Origin: Podarcis tiliguerta
Lineage: Eukaryota
Strand: one strand, 5' to 3'
NCBI GenBank assembly: GCA_965153285.1
Contig: OZ229111.1
DNA length: 64,000 nt
Notes under the pieces: model-generated
Told to the model about the DNA's origin: nothing
Database searches by the model: none
What the model saw: only the letters and a program-made list of their open reading frames with translations
In this document: piece after piece, positions 24,501-38,097 of the stretch
Layout of the letters: each line of letters starts with the position of its first letter
Position numbering within the stretch: the first letter of the stretch is position 1
Translations under genes and position numbers: made by a program

Positions 24501-27500
24501 TCAAGCAGGGCCACTTAGAATAAATTGCTGGAGAGCAAATATTTTTTTAGGGCACTAGGAATGTGAAGCTGATGTGTTGTGTTAAATCTTGTGTGATGAA
24601 GTGTTTGCTTCCTTCAGTCCTCAGTGTTGCTTAAGGTTAGCTGCTTTCACAGCATTTTGTTTTCCCTACTTTGGGAAGCTAAATGCTGCATGGTGTTTTG
24701 AGGAAGTAGCTTATTTGTATCAGGCAACCTATATTTATTTGGACATTGGCATACTTTTAGCTTCAGTAGTAATTGAAGTGGTTCTGTTAGTATTCAAAAA
24801 CTTGCATAATTCTATCCAAATCAATAGAGCATTGTATCAATCCATGAGAGAGGTATATAGAATAGGAAAGCAGGGCCATAGCTAGAGGGGGGTGAGGTGG
24901 GCCCCCGCAGGGGCACAGGCAACCCCCCCCCGCAAAATTGGCTAAAAATATGTTCATAAATATAAATTATTGCCTCATAAGAAATGGTTTTAAATAGAGG
25001 GTGAATTGAATGGGGGGGTGGAGGAGAGGTGGAAAGAAGAGCTATTTTGTCCATGGCTAGGGGGCGCAATCTGCCAGGGGCGCAAGATCACCTAGCTACG
25101 GCTCTGTAGGAAAGCACATATTAAATGGCTTTGGGCTGGTGATGGTCAAAATTTTCAGAATAATATGTGATTGAGAGAAGAGAATTTTTACTGTTTCTAA
25201 TAGTTTGTCATTCCAAACAATGTTTAATTTTTCACACTGAAATTAGTGATCCTAATTGGATGATTTTATAAGTACTACACACAACTTTAGGGCTCTTGGA
25301 AATCCAGATTTTCCCTTCAAATTCACATTTCACCATGGAAATATTAAACATTAAAAAATGTGAATGTGATTTCTTCCACAAGCTTAAAACAATTTGGAAA
25401 TTCATCAAGCAGTCTACTACAGTTTTGTTTTGTTTTTTTAAAAAAAGTTTTATGAAGCCTACTACAGTTATGTGAATTCTATTCATTCTGTCTTAGAGCA
25501 TTGTAATATGTATTCAAATATGAGGTGAAATAAGCAATTTCTCAATATAATTCAGCAAGCAACCTTACTGTTCTTCAACAAAAACCAGTAAAGCCATTTC
25601 ATACCATAAACAATGACATGAATTTCTAGACTTGTGCTGCTTAGAGAATCTTCATATGCACATAGTCTTTAAGAGTTCAAAATCAATGTTAATTCCTGTC
25701 ATCAACCATTTGTTTCTATCAAAAGGCATCTCCACCAAATGTGTTAAACATCTTTCGACTATGCATTACATTTCCAACTCCTAGGTGTTGTGAGTTTCTC
25801 TAACTTGGGGCTGGTTCAAACATTTGTCTGTGGAGCCTCCTATTGTCCCTGGGTACAATGCGGCCATGTGTCATATCTGTCCTGAAACAATTATTGTAGA
25901 GTATTCTTAATTTTCCAGGTTAAGCTCCACTGTGATGCCAAATAGGTGCTAGTGCTATCTCAAGAAAGAGAAGAACACAATTCTCTAGTTATATAGTCTG
26001 CTGAATATAAAAATACAGGAGCATCTCTAAAAACTGTAGTAACAGGAACTTCATAGTTCAGGGCAGCATCCTCACTCTACATGGTATCAGCTTAAAGGCT
26101 ATTTTTTCTTACCCCCCCCCCTTTATTTTATTCCAGATCTCCTCCCACCAGGGGTCTGCAGTCTTCTTAACCCGGCAGCTATTTATGCAAATAATGAGAT
26201 CAGTCTGGGAGATGTCGAGATCTATGGCTTTGATTATGATTACACATTAGCGCAATATTCAAATTTGTTACATTCTATGATATTCAACACTGCCAGAGAC
26301 ATCTTAATTGAACAGTTTAAGGTAATGTACCTTATTCTTGCTGTTTATTGCCTAGTTACCAAATGCTGATTTTATTCAATTGATTTGTAGCAGGGCATGA
26401 TGGGACAGTATGGAAACGATCCTTAGACCAGCGTGTACATAATTCTCTACTGATTGTTTGGGGCTTATAAAATAAATAGCAAGAACAGATCCTTCCACAC
26501 CTTTTGTATGATAATAGCTTAGTTCACAAATAATAATAAACAAGTGTTTAGTATTATATTCACAAGCCTTGAGTCCCTGCACTCCCCCCATGTCCTCTGA
26601 TATAGCCACAAGGAGACTGGAAACATTTACTGTTTTTTTAAACTTTTTTAACTGGTATTTGTTTTGACCACACCTGGACAAACTGTAGCTAGTGTTGACT
26701 ATGATTAAGGATCATTAACCATGGTTTGAAGATTGTTTGTTAACCCTAACCACAGTTTATCTGGATTAATTCATAAGAGCAAATGTAGTTAGCTGAACAG
26801 GTAAATAAATGCTCCCACTCTTCCCCTTGTAGCCATTCCCAAAAATGGATTATGATTTTAATTTATTGCCCACACTTTGGCCCAAATCATGTTACAATAA
26901 TTAAAAAGTATTAGATTAAAAACAGATTTAAAGCTTAACAATTACAGAACATGCAGTCAAAAAAAGCTCAGGTGTCAAAGGTATATACATACTAAGCTCC
27001 CCCACCCTACAGTCACAACTAGTTGTTTAAAAGCTTTCACTTCCATTTTAAATTAATTGCCACTTGCCATGTTGTCTGAATCCAGACACACTGTGGTTAA
27101 TCTTACTACGGTTAAAGCCAACTCCAAACCATAGTTTGTGGAGTGCTCTCCCCAGGGAGGCTGGCCTGGCACCTGTGTTATGTTTATTAGTCTTTGGCTA
27201 AGTGAACAATCTGTGGAATTTTAAACTGTAAGGGGTTTTGTTTTTGTTATGTATTTTTGTGTTTTCATATCGTAAACCTCCCTGGGATCCTCGGGTGAAG
27301 GACGGTATAATAAATAATAATCTCTCTTATTTCAGCTAACTGTAGTTAAGTTAAACCACAGTATAGTGTATGGCTGGCACATTAAACTGTGGGTAATCTA
27401 AAGCAGAAACTTCCAAAGTCATCCACACAGTCACACTAGAGGGCAGAGTGCACAAGTCCAGGCTCACTGAGAATAATTTTTGTAATGCTAATTTAACCAT

Positions 27501-30500
27501 ATGTTAGTATTTTATTCAAACCAAGCCATTGTCTCCTGTTTTATTTTAATTTTATATTGTGTTATTTGCAACCTCCCTTTCTGCAAGGTGCTAAAAATGA
27601 TGTACATAGTTCCCCAATTTTCATGTTATCATCACAACAATGCTGTGAGTGATGGAGAATGAGAGGCAATAACTGTTTCAAGATCATCCTTTGAGCTTGA
27701 ATTTGAACCTTAGTCTCCCAGGTTGTAGTCCAACATTCTGGGTCTTCTGGGTTTCTACTGGTCTTTGGATAAACAAAAAAACCTGAATATAATGTAGTAC
27801 ACACCCCTGTGAGACAAAACATACTGATGCTTTCTAGTGGAATGTTTTGTAGTACCCAGAAGGACTCAGAAAATATGAATACATTCCTGGATTTGCCATA
27901 AGAGGGCTTCACTATGATGTCCACAAGGTAAGATATACAACTTCAGTCTTTGTTCATGTGTTAGCTTGCTGTATTCATAGAGACGAACAAGGGAGCTTGT
28001 GAGTTGTATGCCCACTGGAAATATCTGTGTGCATGGTGAGCTAATGACTGCTGAAAAATCATGGCTACCCTTAGAATAAGAAGTGTAATTATCAATGACT
28101 TTGAGTGTTTGGGCAGGCAGCCCTTTGGGTGACTTGACCAATCACACGTTGACTTGGGAGCATTGCCAGAGTGCACTGCATTGTCAAAGAGGTGAAGCTG
28201 GGTGTTGGTACAGGCTCTTTCACATCTTTGTCAGCAAAATACCTGGGGAAGATTAAGAGATTTGTTTTGTTTGCTGGGCAACACTGTTAATAGTATGTAA
28301 GACACTGTCTTTTGTAGTGATGCTAGAAATCATATAATTGTAAAGAGGGAGGGACCCTGAGGATCATCTAGTCCAAACCCCCTGACATGCAGGGATATGC
28401 AGCTGTCCCATAAGGGGATCAATCCTGCAACCTTGGTGTGTTAGCACCACACTCTAACCAACTGAGCTATCAAGGCTCCTCAGACTTTGTCTTGTAGCTC
28501 CAGGTAATTTGCAACTTGTGTGCATTTAACTTGCGCACATTATTGCTTCATGCACTTGGCATATATAAATATGTGTGTGTGTGTGTGTGTTTTAAAGGGG
28601 GAGGGTGTCTTTCCACACATACGTAACAGAAGAGAAACTTGGGCAATTTTATGAGGTTGGGAGTTTTAGTCTTTAATCCAGTGGAATGTGAAGCATGAGT
28701 GTCTGCATAGATGAAAACAAGATAAACAGGGCAGCCCCATTATATAGCATGCAAATTTACAATTGCTCCTACAATTCTACAGTGCTGTTCTAGTTTCCCA
28801 TGGAAGTTCCTCATATGCACCCTAAAAAAGTGATATATGTGTGTTGTGCTCAACTGTGTTCTTAATGGGACAGCAAGATTAAAAAATAAACATATCATAA
28901 AAGCCTGGTGAATATAACAGTATGGTGTTCCTATGGGGCCAGGATTATTCAGGTGTAATTTCCTCCCCTCATCCTTTTGGCTTCTGCATACAAGGCATTA
29001 GTTTCAACATAACAAGCATTGGACTGGGGCCAGACAGCTAGCTTGTCAAATACATAGAACACAATAATATATGAAACCCATATGATATTTGCACAGAACT
29101 ATCAATCACCCTCAGCTGAGGAGTCTTGGGGCTAGAGAAGATGACTTTTTAAAAAGGATTTGGAAAGTATTTTATAGCTTCCAAACTACCAAGGTGAGAG
29201 ATTTAACACTGAACATACTTCTTTTTTTAAAACTTGAAGTTCAGTATTGTAAGGAATTGCCATAGAACACTTTTCTGCTTATATCACATTCTCTCCTCCT
29301 CCTACCCCTCCATCCAGCAAGGAAAAATAAGTCATGCATGTCTGGTCCTCAGTGAGAAAAGACAGAATAAAGTGCCCAGAGTTCACCAACAGAGATCCCT
29401 GTGCTCCCAGTGTCCTTCGCTGATAATTGCATAGTATATGTTTGAGTATTGAGGGAGTTGTTGCAAACAGGAGCCCTCTTAGCTAACATGCAGTTATGTG
29501 CCAACCTGCTGAGTACGGAAAGTTTATTTAGCAAGTACACTGTTCAAACTTGTGGGGGAACCTGAAGCACGTAAGTGTTTTGAATGTTCTGCATGCCCAT
29601 TTATTTTCATGTTGTGTTCAGTGGGGAGGAATGGATGGTGCCTTTAGAGTTATGCTTTGAGACATGGTTTCCTCCTCGGTTTCCCCTTCCCTTGCTTACA
29701 TGTGTGGACTGCCTTGCCCTTTCACTCATAATTGCAGAAGTGGAATTAAAGCTCCCGGTGGCTGTGTGTAATTCTGAAGCAAAGTTCCTCCTTAAGGGGG
29801 ATGAGAAGACAAGTGATCCTCACCTACCTGTCTCCTCCCTGCCCTTAAGCTGCTGGGTAGGAGTGTATGCCAAGTTCTCCATAACCAAATTCCCATATGT
29901 GTGCTCTTTGCTCTCTAGCCATGAGTCCAGACAGTGTGGCTTCATGCTGCGTGTCTTATGTGAGCTGTCTCTTTGTTCCCTGGCTGTGGCTCAGATTGGT
30001 CCTTGAATTAGTTGGAATCCTGTTGGCTGTTGTGACTTTGGAGGCGGAGCACAGCTAGACTGCCATTCAAGACACTCTGTTGAAAGTGTGTTTACTTGCG
30101 CTGTCTCTTTTGCAAATGTGACATTTTACCATCAGGACCAGGGTTGTCACCAAACAACCGTAGGATTCTTCTGAATAACTTCTACAATACCTCCAAATTT
30201 CCCTCCATGCCCAATGGTAACCAGTAGAAGGCTCTTGCTTTATATTTTGCTCTATGTGCTTGGTGTGGTGGTGGTTTTGTTCTGCAGGGACAGGGGTTTA
30301 GTAGCACTCCCTCTCAGTGCACCTTAACACATGACTAGCAATCTGTGAGTGGAATTTAAGAATGTGTTACAGTAGGAGGATCAGTTTAGGTAGGACTGAC
30401 TTCTTTTAATGTTAGGTTCTGCAGAATGAGTAAAATATACAGAGGATCTTCTCAGTAAAGGTCTGCTTATCTTTCAGAGCCTTCTGATGAAGATTGATGC

Positions 30501-33500
30501 TTTCCACTATGTTCAGTTGGGTACTGCATATCAGTGAGTTGAATACCATCTCTTTTAAAATATATGCGAATATAAGGCAAATTAAAATGCGAACTCTGTA
30601 CATGTACATTCTCTTTCTGGATCTGTTGCCTTTTGTTTGCTCTTATGAAAGCTTGTTGCTTTGATGCAGCATTTTAATGGCCACATGTAGTAGGAGTGAA
30701 AACCTAATTATATTTTATTGGCAGAGATTAAACTCTTGTTTACACAATTGAATTCCAGGTCTGTGACTTAAGTCAGTGCAGGCAGAACACGCTGGCAAGA
30801 CTTACTGAAGTTGGATGTTCTCTTTATCTCGCTGTCCCTCACTAAGAAATTGAAACGTGCACAAGTTGCATCAACGGTTTAAAAAAGGAAGCTGGCCTCC
30901 CGCCCTGATAAATATGCTTAACTGCCACATTCATTAGTGAAGTTGTGTGGAAAGATCCTTTCTGAGCATAAAAAAACAAAACCCAGTAAGCAGTCAATTA
31001 AGAGCTGAGTCAAAAGTTCAGAACATGATGTTCGAAGTGAATGTTTAATCATTTCTTTATTTATCAAAAGTAACTGATTGTAGTTATTGCTTTGCAAAAT
31101 GCACAAAAATGATGTCCTGTTGTGCATGCATATCTGCCAGTTAGATTGAATAGGTTTTAATTTTGTGAGTAATGCAGGGAGAGGGGGCAGGCAGCAGGTA
31201 CTAGCTGTGCCATCTTGGAACCAGAGTCTAGTGGAAATTCTCCCCTGGAGAAGCAATTATTGTCATTGTGCCCGGGCTCCACTGACACTTATTCTCCTTT
31301 CTGTTGTGTTGCAACTGTCGTGGTATCCCATTACTTTGCCCAGCTGTCTCAACCACATAACCGTCCAATCCAGCTGAATAACTTCTTAAGATACAATACC
31401 AAGAACACTGGCTTAGCCGAGGAGAGCTTAAATTCCTTTTGTATCCTATAGACTCACATGGGTTTGGACTCAATTCTTCGTTTAGCCAACTTTCGTTTTG
31501 TTAATAACTTTGGTGTGTGTAGATTCTCTGGTTCCTTCTATTAGCTTCATATACCTTGTCCTTTTCAATGTCACTTTTGATACAATTGTAATAAAAGCAT
31601 TCCAGCTGAAAAACAATGAAATATGAAGCTGCCTTGCATGATTCGGAAGCTACTTTTTGTTGTTTTAAAATTTTTATAAATCTTTATTAAACATTCAACA
31701 CATATTTACAAAACAATTTGCCATATTACAGTTTATGCATGAACACTACACAAGAAAAAGAAAAATACAACAAAAAATAAATAAAAAGGAAAAGGAAATA
31801 AAAAATGACAGTAAGAAGGATAAAATAAACTTCTGATTGTTCTCAAAAAAACTAAGTCTCATTTGTTATTTTTTACACAGTATCATATTATTATATTTTG
31901 TTTCCTTAATTTCCTTCAGAGAAATATTCTTTAGTTTGTTGTCTATACATTATATGAAGCTGTCCTGCATGATTCAGAAGCTACTTCAAAAGATGCTTGA
32001 TAATATTCAGACACTACTGTTTTATGCAGTATTGAAGGATCTTGGGTCAATGCTGAAGCACCTGAAATTTAACACTCCTCATAAAAGAATACAGTGAACC
32101 TTTATTAACATGGTGATAAAACCAAGAGGAGCTATGTTGGTTGATTTGCACTTCCAAAGCATATACCTATTATATAACTTTTTGAAAAATGTTGCACAGA
32201 ATAACCAATCAGAAATGATTCTCAGTGAAGTGAACACAGCTGGCTACCAATTTATAAATGACCTGTGAAAAGTTTAATCTCTGCTTTCTTTGATTCTGGG
32301 GCAGCTGAAAGCCCCATGCTGTGATAGAAATAGACTTTCATTCCAGTCTGTCCTTTTTCTCCTTTCTGGCATTTATCTCACTTGAGGTTGACATTCAGTC
32401 TTTTAACTTGCTTATAGAGGGCTGAAACCAGTGCCTGATGAAGAGGTCATTGAAATGTATGGCGGGACCCAGCATATTCCATTATACCAGATGAGTGACT
32501 TTTACGGCAAGGTACCGTAAGCTTCGTTATTGACCATTTAATAAAATGGGGCTTTGGCTCTTCTTAATAACTGAGAAATCCAATATGCAGGAATTAAGTG
32601 AAAATGCCAGTGATTTCTTCCAAGTGTGAAAAGGCAGCACTTGCCAGTTTAAACATACTGTTTCTTCAGGAGCATATGAACAATTTGTCAGGGAGACAGT
32701 GAGTCTGGTTGACTTTTGTAAAATAATCTTAAATTTGTTAGCTGACTGGATGACTCCAGATACGACCACCTAGGGAGCACTTTAAGTATTATTACTAGCA
32801 ATGCTGAATAATTATTCATATTTTTGCATAGTACTTATGCATCTGTTCATCTTTCTTGGGAGTGGTCACCTCTGGGGCTCTGCTATTCCAATGAGTATTC
32901 CAGAAGTCTGGGTATCTGTCAGCATATTTATACAAAGCCCCAACAGCCATGGTGTTAATATGGAGATTAGATCTCTTGCATGTTTTTACAACCATTTCAA
33001 CCCTTCAAATCTAAGTTTGTTGTTGTTTTTCAACACTATTGCAATTTAGTAGCACTGCAGAGGACTAGATGAAGTTGTTCAATGGCCAGATAGGATCTGT
33101 AAGCTACCAGATAGCCACCCCAACTCACTGTATAGTGTTCCTTTTCAAAGGACTTAACAGCAACTTATTAAAAGAAAATATTTTTCTCTAGACTTGTAAT
33201 TTGACGCTCTGCATTTATTCAGAAATAGTGTTACTCTCGGAGACAGTTCAGACACTACGTCACTCTCTGAATCTCTGTGCACAGCTAAATCATGAGCAAA
33301 TCTCAGGCTTGTGTACTCATTCCTCAAGGTCAATGAGATAGTGCATTCAGATAAACATAGGCTTTTCTGGTGCAAGTGTTGCCTTACGCTCCTTCTCATC
33401 ATTTTTTATGCATTAAGGTTCACAGATAAAGTAACATTTGAACAATTCCCTAGTTCCAATTTTTGAAATACATTGTCCTTCTCCCACTGGACACGGAGAC

Positions 33501-36500
33501 GTGCAATGCACACCTTTAGAACAGAAGTAATACTTGTATGTAACACATTGGGTTGTACTCAGCAAATTCATCCAAGAAGGACTCCTCCTGTCTTCCCATG
33601 TCCCCCTCTCCACAGTTGATCCAGAAGGTTGGAAGGACCCCAGAAGAAGATTTTGGGTAAAGGGGCTCAAGGGGTGTAGAGGAAGTTCCTTTGCATAGGC
33701 AGAAGTTTTTCCATTAATGGGGTGACTTGGTTGGATACAATATGTTACATTTCAGTAGAGTCCAGAAGTAGTTTTGTGACAGTAAAACATTTGTGTACAC
33801 TCCTCAGCTGGATTCCTTCTCATTTGTAGAAGAATGCCAGAAACCTGTCTTTAAGCAGCTGACTTCTGCTAATCTGATCACTTCCCTGGTGCAAGGCAGT
33901 GTGCTGAGGATGCATTGAATGGGAAAGAACATGCCCTCCTTGTTCTTCCAGTCTAACCAGACTCCCACCCTCTCAAATACTAGGATTCTGAAAGGATGAG
34001 GGAGATCTGACAACTGAGAGAGATGACTGGCAAGAAAGCCCTGATACATTTCAGAGTGGGTCGGTCTATATATTAGAGGATCAAAAATCCCTTTTCCTGA
34101 CCTGCGCTGGACTAAGTACCCTGTTCCTCACTTCATGAGAGTATGTAATCTCTCATGAATTTTGAGAGGGGGGATGTGTGCCTAAAGGGCATTACATTCA
34201 TAGCCTACGCGTCGGTAGAGATGTGTAAGCTGTTGTTTGCTGCCAATTGATCTGCAGAACAGCTGCCTTTTCTAGAGAAGTTTTTCTGTTTCTGTGAGGT
34301 TCCTTCAACAGTGCAGTCATGTCTTCATGTTTCCTTGCCCTCATTGGGTACAGGTCTGTGGGAAAGGCCGGTAAATGGTGTGTGTATTCATCCATTAACA
34401 ATTTCCTAAAGGTTGGTACAAATTATTCCTGCATACTAGGAATAATTCAGTTTTATTTCTATCTTCGTGGGAGCAGGGCCTAATATGTGTTTTATATGAT
34501 CATACTGTACAATCAAAAGATGTACGGTATTCACCATCCTGTAAATTGTAATGTCATAAAAAAATAGCTGTGGAGATATGCTTTAATGGGAGCGATGTTC
34601 AGTGAAATCTTAAAAGATAGAGAGCATAGTTGCAGTAGACAGATTTTTGGTGCTTTATATAGCTTTTTGCAAAACAAAAAAACCCAAAACCCATTACATA
34701 CCATGGTTAAACATGACTTATTTGTCCTTCATGACAGCTCTGTGAGTTAGGAAAGTTTTGAGAGAGAATTGTTTGCTCAGTGGTAGATTAACCATATCTA
34801 AAGCAAACACTGTTGTCTCATACACCATGGATATATGATGTGATGACAAAAAAGGGAAATTCTGACCCATGAGGTTTTTTTATAATTGCTTGAAGAAAGA
34901 ACTAAATTACATTGATTTTTAAAAATACCTTTTAACTACAGTACATTTTTTCTTCGCATTTGGATTGAGTAAGAAACATCTATTCCTATGCAGTATTTGT
35001 CTGTTTTTAATCTAAAACCTTGTAGGTGGTGGTCTGCTGGCAGGGAGAATCCCTTCTGTTTTAACAAAGATCATTCTAGCTTCTTTGGCTTCTCCCAACA
35101 CTTTTTTATTTTCCTGACCTCTTCCTCCATTAAGATAATATGCAGTTACCTTATAGCAGATATTCCATGTTCTGCTATACTTTAAAGTAGCCTCTAGGTC
35201 TGCAGTTCCGGCTCCCACTAGTGCAACTATTCATTGGCCTTTCTTATTTAAAATAATTATCTCCCCTCCTGGGGTCCTTTGAACACATTTAAGGCTGCTT
35301 ATTACATTGTTTTAAAACAAATGTCAGGGTTTCATCAATAAATTAAAAGTATCCGATTAAAATATGGGAAGCATTGGAGATGATACATGTATTAAAAAAA
35401 CACAAGATATTGGTAGAATAATGTTAGCTTAGCAAGTCAGAAGCCTAAAAAGAAGGAAGGTAGGTCTTGAATGGTCTGATAACATGGTATTGATTAGTTT
35501 ATTGCTCTAGTGTGTGCATTGACAGTGTACATAAGTCCCTTCCAACCGACAGACCAGAAATAATTTGTTGATGTCATTATAGTTGGAAGGTGAGTTCTGC
35601 TGAATTAGGTCTTGACTAGTTAAGGTCATTATGGTGTAGCTGTTTTGCTCAATCAGCAACGATACCAGCCCCCTGGCCATATGGCAGTCAGTATCTGATT
35701 TCTGTTTAATAAAAGTGTTTCTTAGCATAATCTGTATTATAAAGCAGATTATTCCTTTAGTCAGATGAAAGGAAAGGTCATATTTCAATAATTTTCAGTT
35801 GTTAACAGACTGCCACATACGGCTTTAATTTGTAGTTCAGTCTTGGCTTTTTGTTGTTGTTTTTTTGTACTGTTCAGCTGCTAAAAGAGAACAGATTTTT
35901 GTCTGTGTCATTGCTGCCACTTCTAGAGACTCCCATTTTTTTAAAGACTTGAGAAATTGGGAACTACTTCTTGAAATAAACAAATCACCAGGTACAGTAG
36001 TATCCTACTATTTACTATACCCTTTTAGTGGCCAGAAAATTTAGTGACCAGACTAGGCACTGGAGGTTCATGATAGCACAGAGTTTGAGATCACTGATAT
36101 TTTCTCATCTCCTGCATGTCAGTGCAGTTCAATCTGGGGTACTTATATTTATTTTATTTAGCTTGTTTTAATACAGCTACATCCAAATGCTTCAAATAGA
36201 CTTGGGCTGTATTGCCTCAAAAGATTGGGGAAAATACTTTTTTTTTTTTTTGTTTTGTTCTATACAATAACACATATACATTCCTGACCATTACTAATCT
36301 GTCCCCACAATGGTCCTATGCATATCAAAAGCTAACCAATGATTTATCCCTCTATCCAGAGGGATCTACTATGTTTTTTCCATGTCTGGTGGCATGTGAA
36401 TACCATGCAATAGGTTTATCCCCTTGCATCATGACAAAGCTTTGCTGTACCTATGTGTGTGCAATCTCTCTATAAACCAAGCCTCTGTTCAGTTGCTATA

Positions 36501-38030
36501 GTGAAATGGTGAACATGTGAGTGCAGTCTGTCCAGTCACCTTTCTGTACAGAAGTGACTATATAAACTGATTATACAGTTAAAAATATATAGGAATCCAA
36601 ACCCAATCCAATTTTGAATATAATTTGTAGATCATAGGTTAATGGGTCAGTGAAGTTCCTTTAAAGAGGTATATTAATATCAAGGAATGAATCTGTATAC
36701 ATAATTATTTACAATGTTGCACTTTTTAATAACCTGAATGATTTTGTTTCCTGCATGGAATTGTTAATTAATTTACTTTGGTAAATTTGGTAATGTTATT
36801 TGTTTTTGTATTCCTTGGTCATATGAAGTTGCTGCTGAAGCAGATTTTGTGTGTGTGTGTGTGTGTGTTATATCCCATCTTTTGAGACCATTAGGTGAAC
36901 GAAAGGCAGCTCAAGACAGCAGTAAAACAACCTCAACAACATAATAATAGCTTAAAAAAGCAGACATCAACAGATGGGTGTTTCTTTACGTCAGTCCCAA
37001 AGCTGAAGGAAAAAGAGGGGGCTTGCTAATCTTTCACAAATCCTGAGAGAATTAGATGCATGCCAGTTAAGTAGCCATGTTCCCAGTGTTGTTTACCAGA
37101 ATCTCTAAAATCATCTCATACTTGTCTAGTTACAGTAAGTCTCTGACTCCTGTACATGCATGCCACATTTGATTCGTTGCTTTGGAGAGGAAAACCACAG
37201 CTGCTGATTCAAAAACTTCAGTAACTCTCTATTATTGTGTTCGCAGAGGGTACGCTGTGTTCAGCTGAAATGTGAGACACTGTCGAACCTCCCACTTCCT
37301 ATAGAAGTACATTATGTTAAACAGCAGTTTTTATATTGCGTTTCCTCTTTTGGACAGGGTCCATCAATTAAGCAGTTTATGGACATCTTCTCCCTTCCTG
37401 AAATGACTCTGCTTTCATCCGTGACTGACTATTTCATCACTCACAATATTGAGTATGACCAAGTTCATCTTTACAAGGATATAAGTGTGAGTACAGCTGT
37501 TTTAGGGTATAGGTGAAAACTCTGCCTTTGGCAGTCCCGTATCTTATATGAGAGTTGCGTTGCACAAGCATAATGTATCATTGTCAAATAGTAATAAATA
37601 AATAAAGGAGACAAAAAAATCAAGCAATCAATAATTATTATTTTAATTAGCATGAAGTATAGTGAATTTCTATATTGCATTTTCCAGAGGGGCAGCCATG
37701 TTATTCTGTTGCAGCAAAAGCATCAGTCTTGTGGTACCTTAAAGACTTAGCATGTTTTATTGGGGCATATGCTTTGGTGGACTGGATTCCACTTCATCTT
37801 TAATGTGTCATGACTCTGCTTTGTACATTGCTTTTGTCATTTGTCTTTTTCAGTAATACTCCTAAGCTGCTTTTTTTCAACACCTATAGGAACCTGACCA
37901 CACAAGCAGAACTCTGCTTATACATCTTTAGCATCACAAATTGCTTTGGACTGTAAATTTAAATATACCCATGTATCAGTGACTTCAGTGGATTCCTGGA
38001 AATTACTTATCATTTGGTTTCTCTGTATTG

Positions 38031-38097
<67 letters not shown>

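Noticed and set aside
26690-27500. Repeated AACCATGGTT/AACCACAGTT palindromic motifs, also at ~52990-53270
   Set aside because: Probably decayed nested palindromic MITEs; termini and TSDs could not be defined well enough to call
28400-28478. tRNA-like sequences here and at ~39381 and ~40524
   Set aside because: They are SINE heads that run into SINE bodies and tails, with no intact cloverleaf, so not tRNA genes
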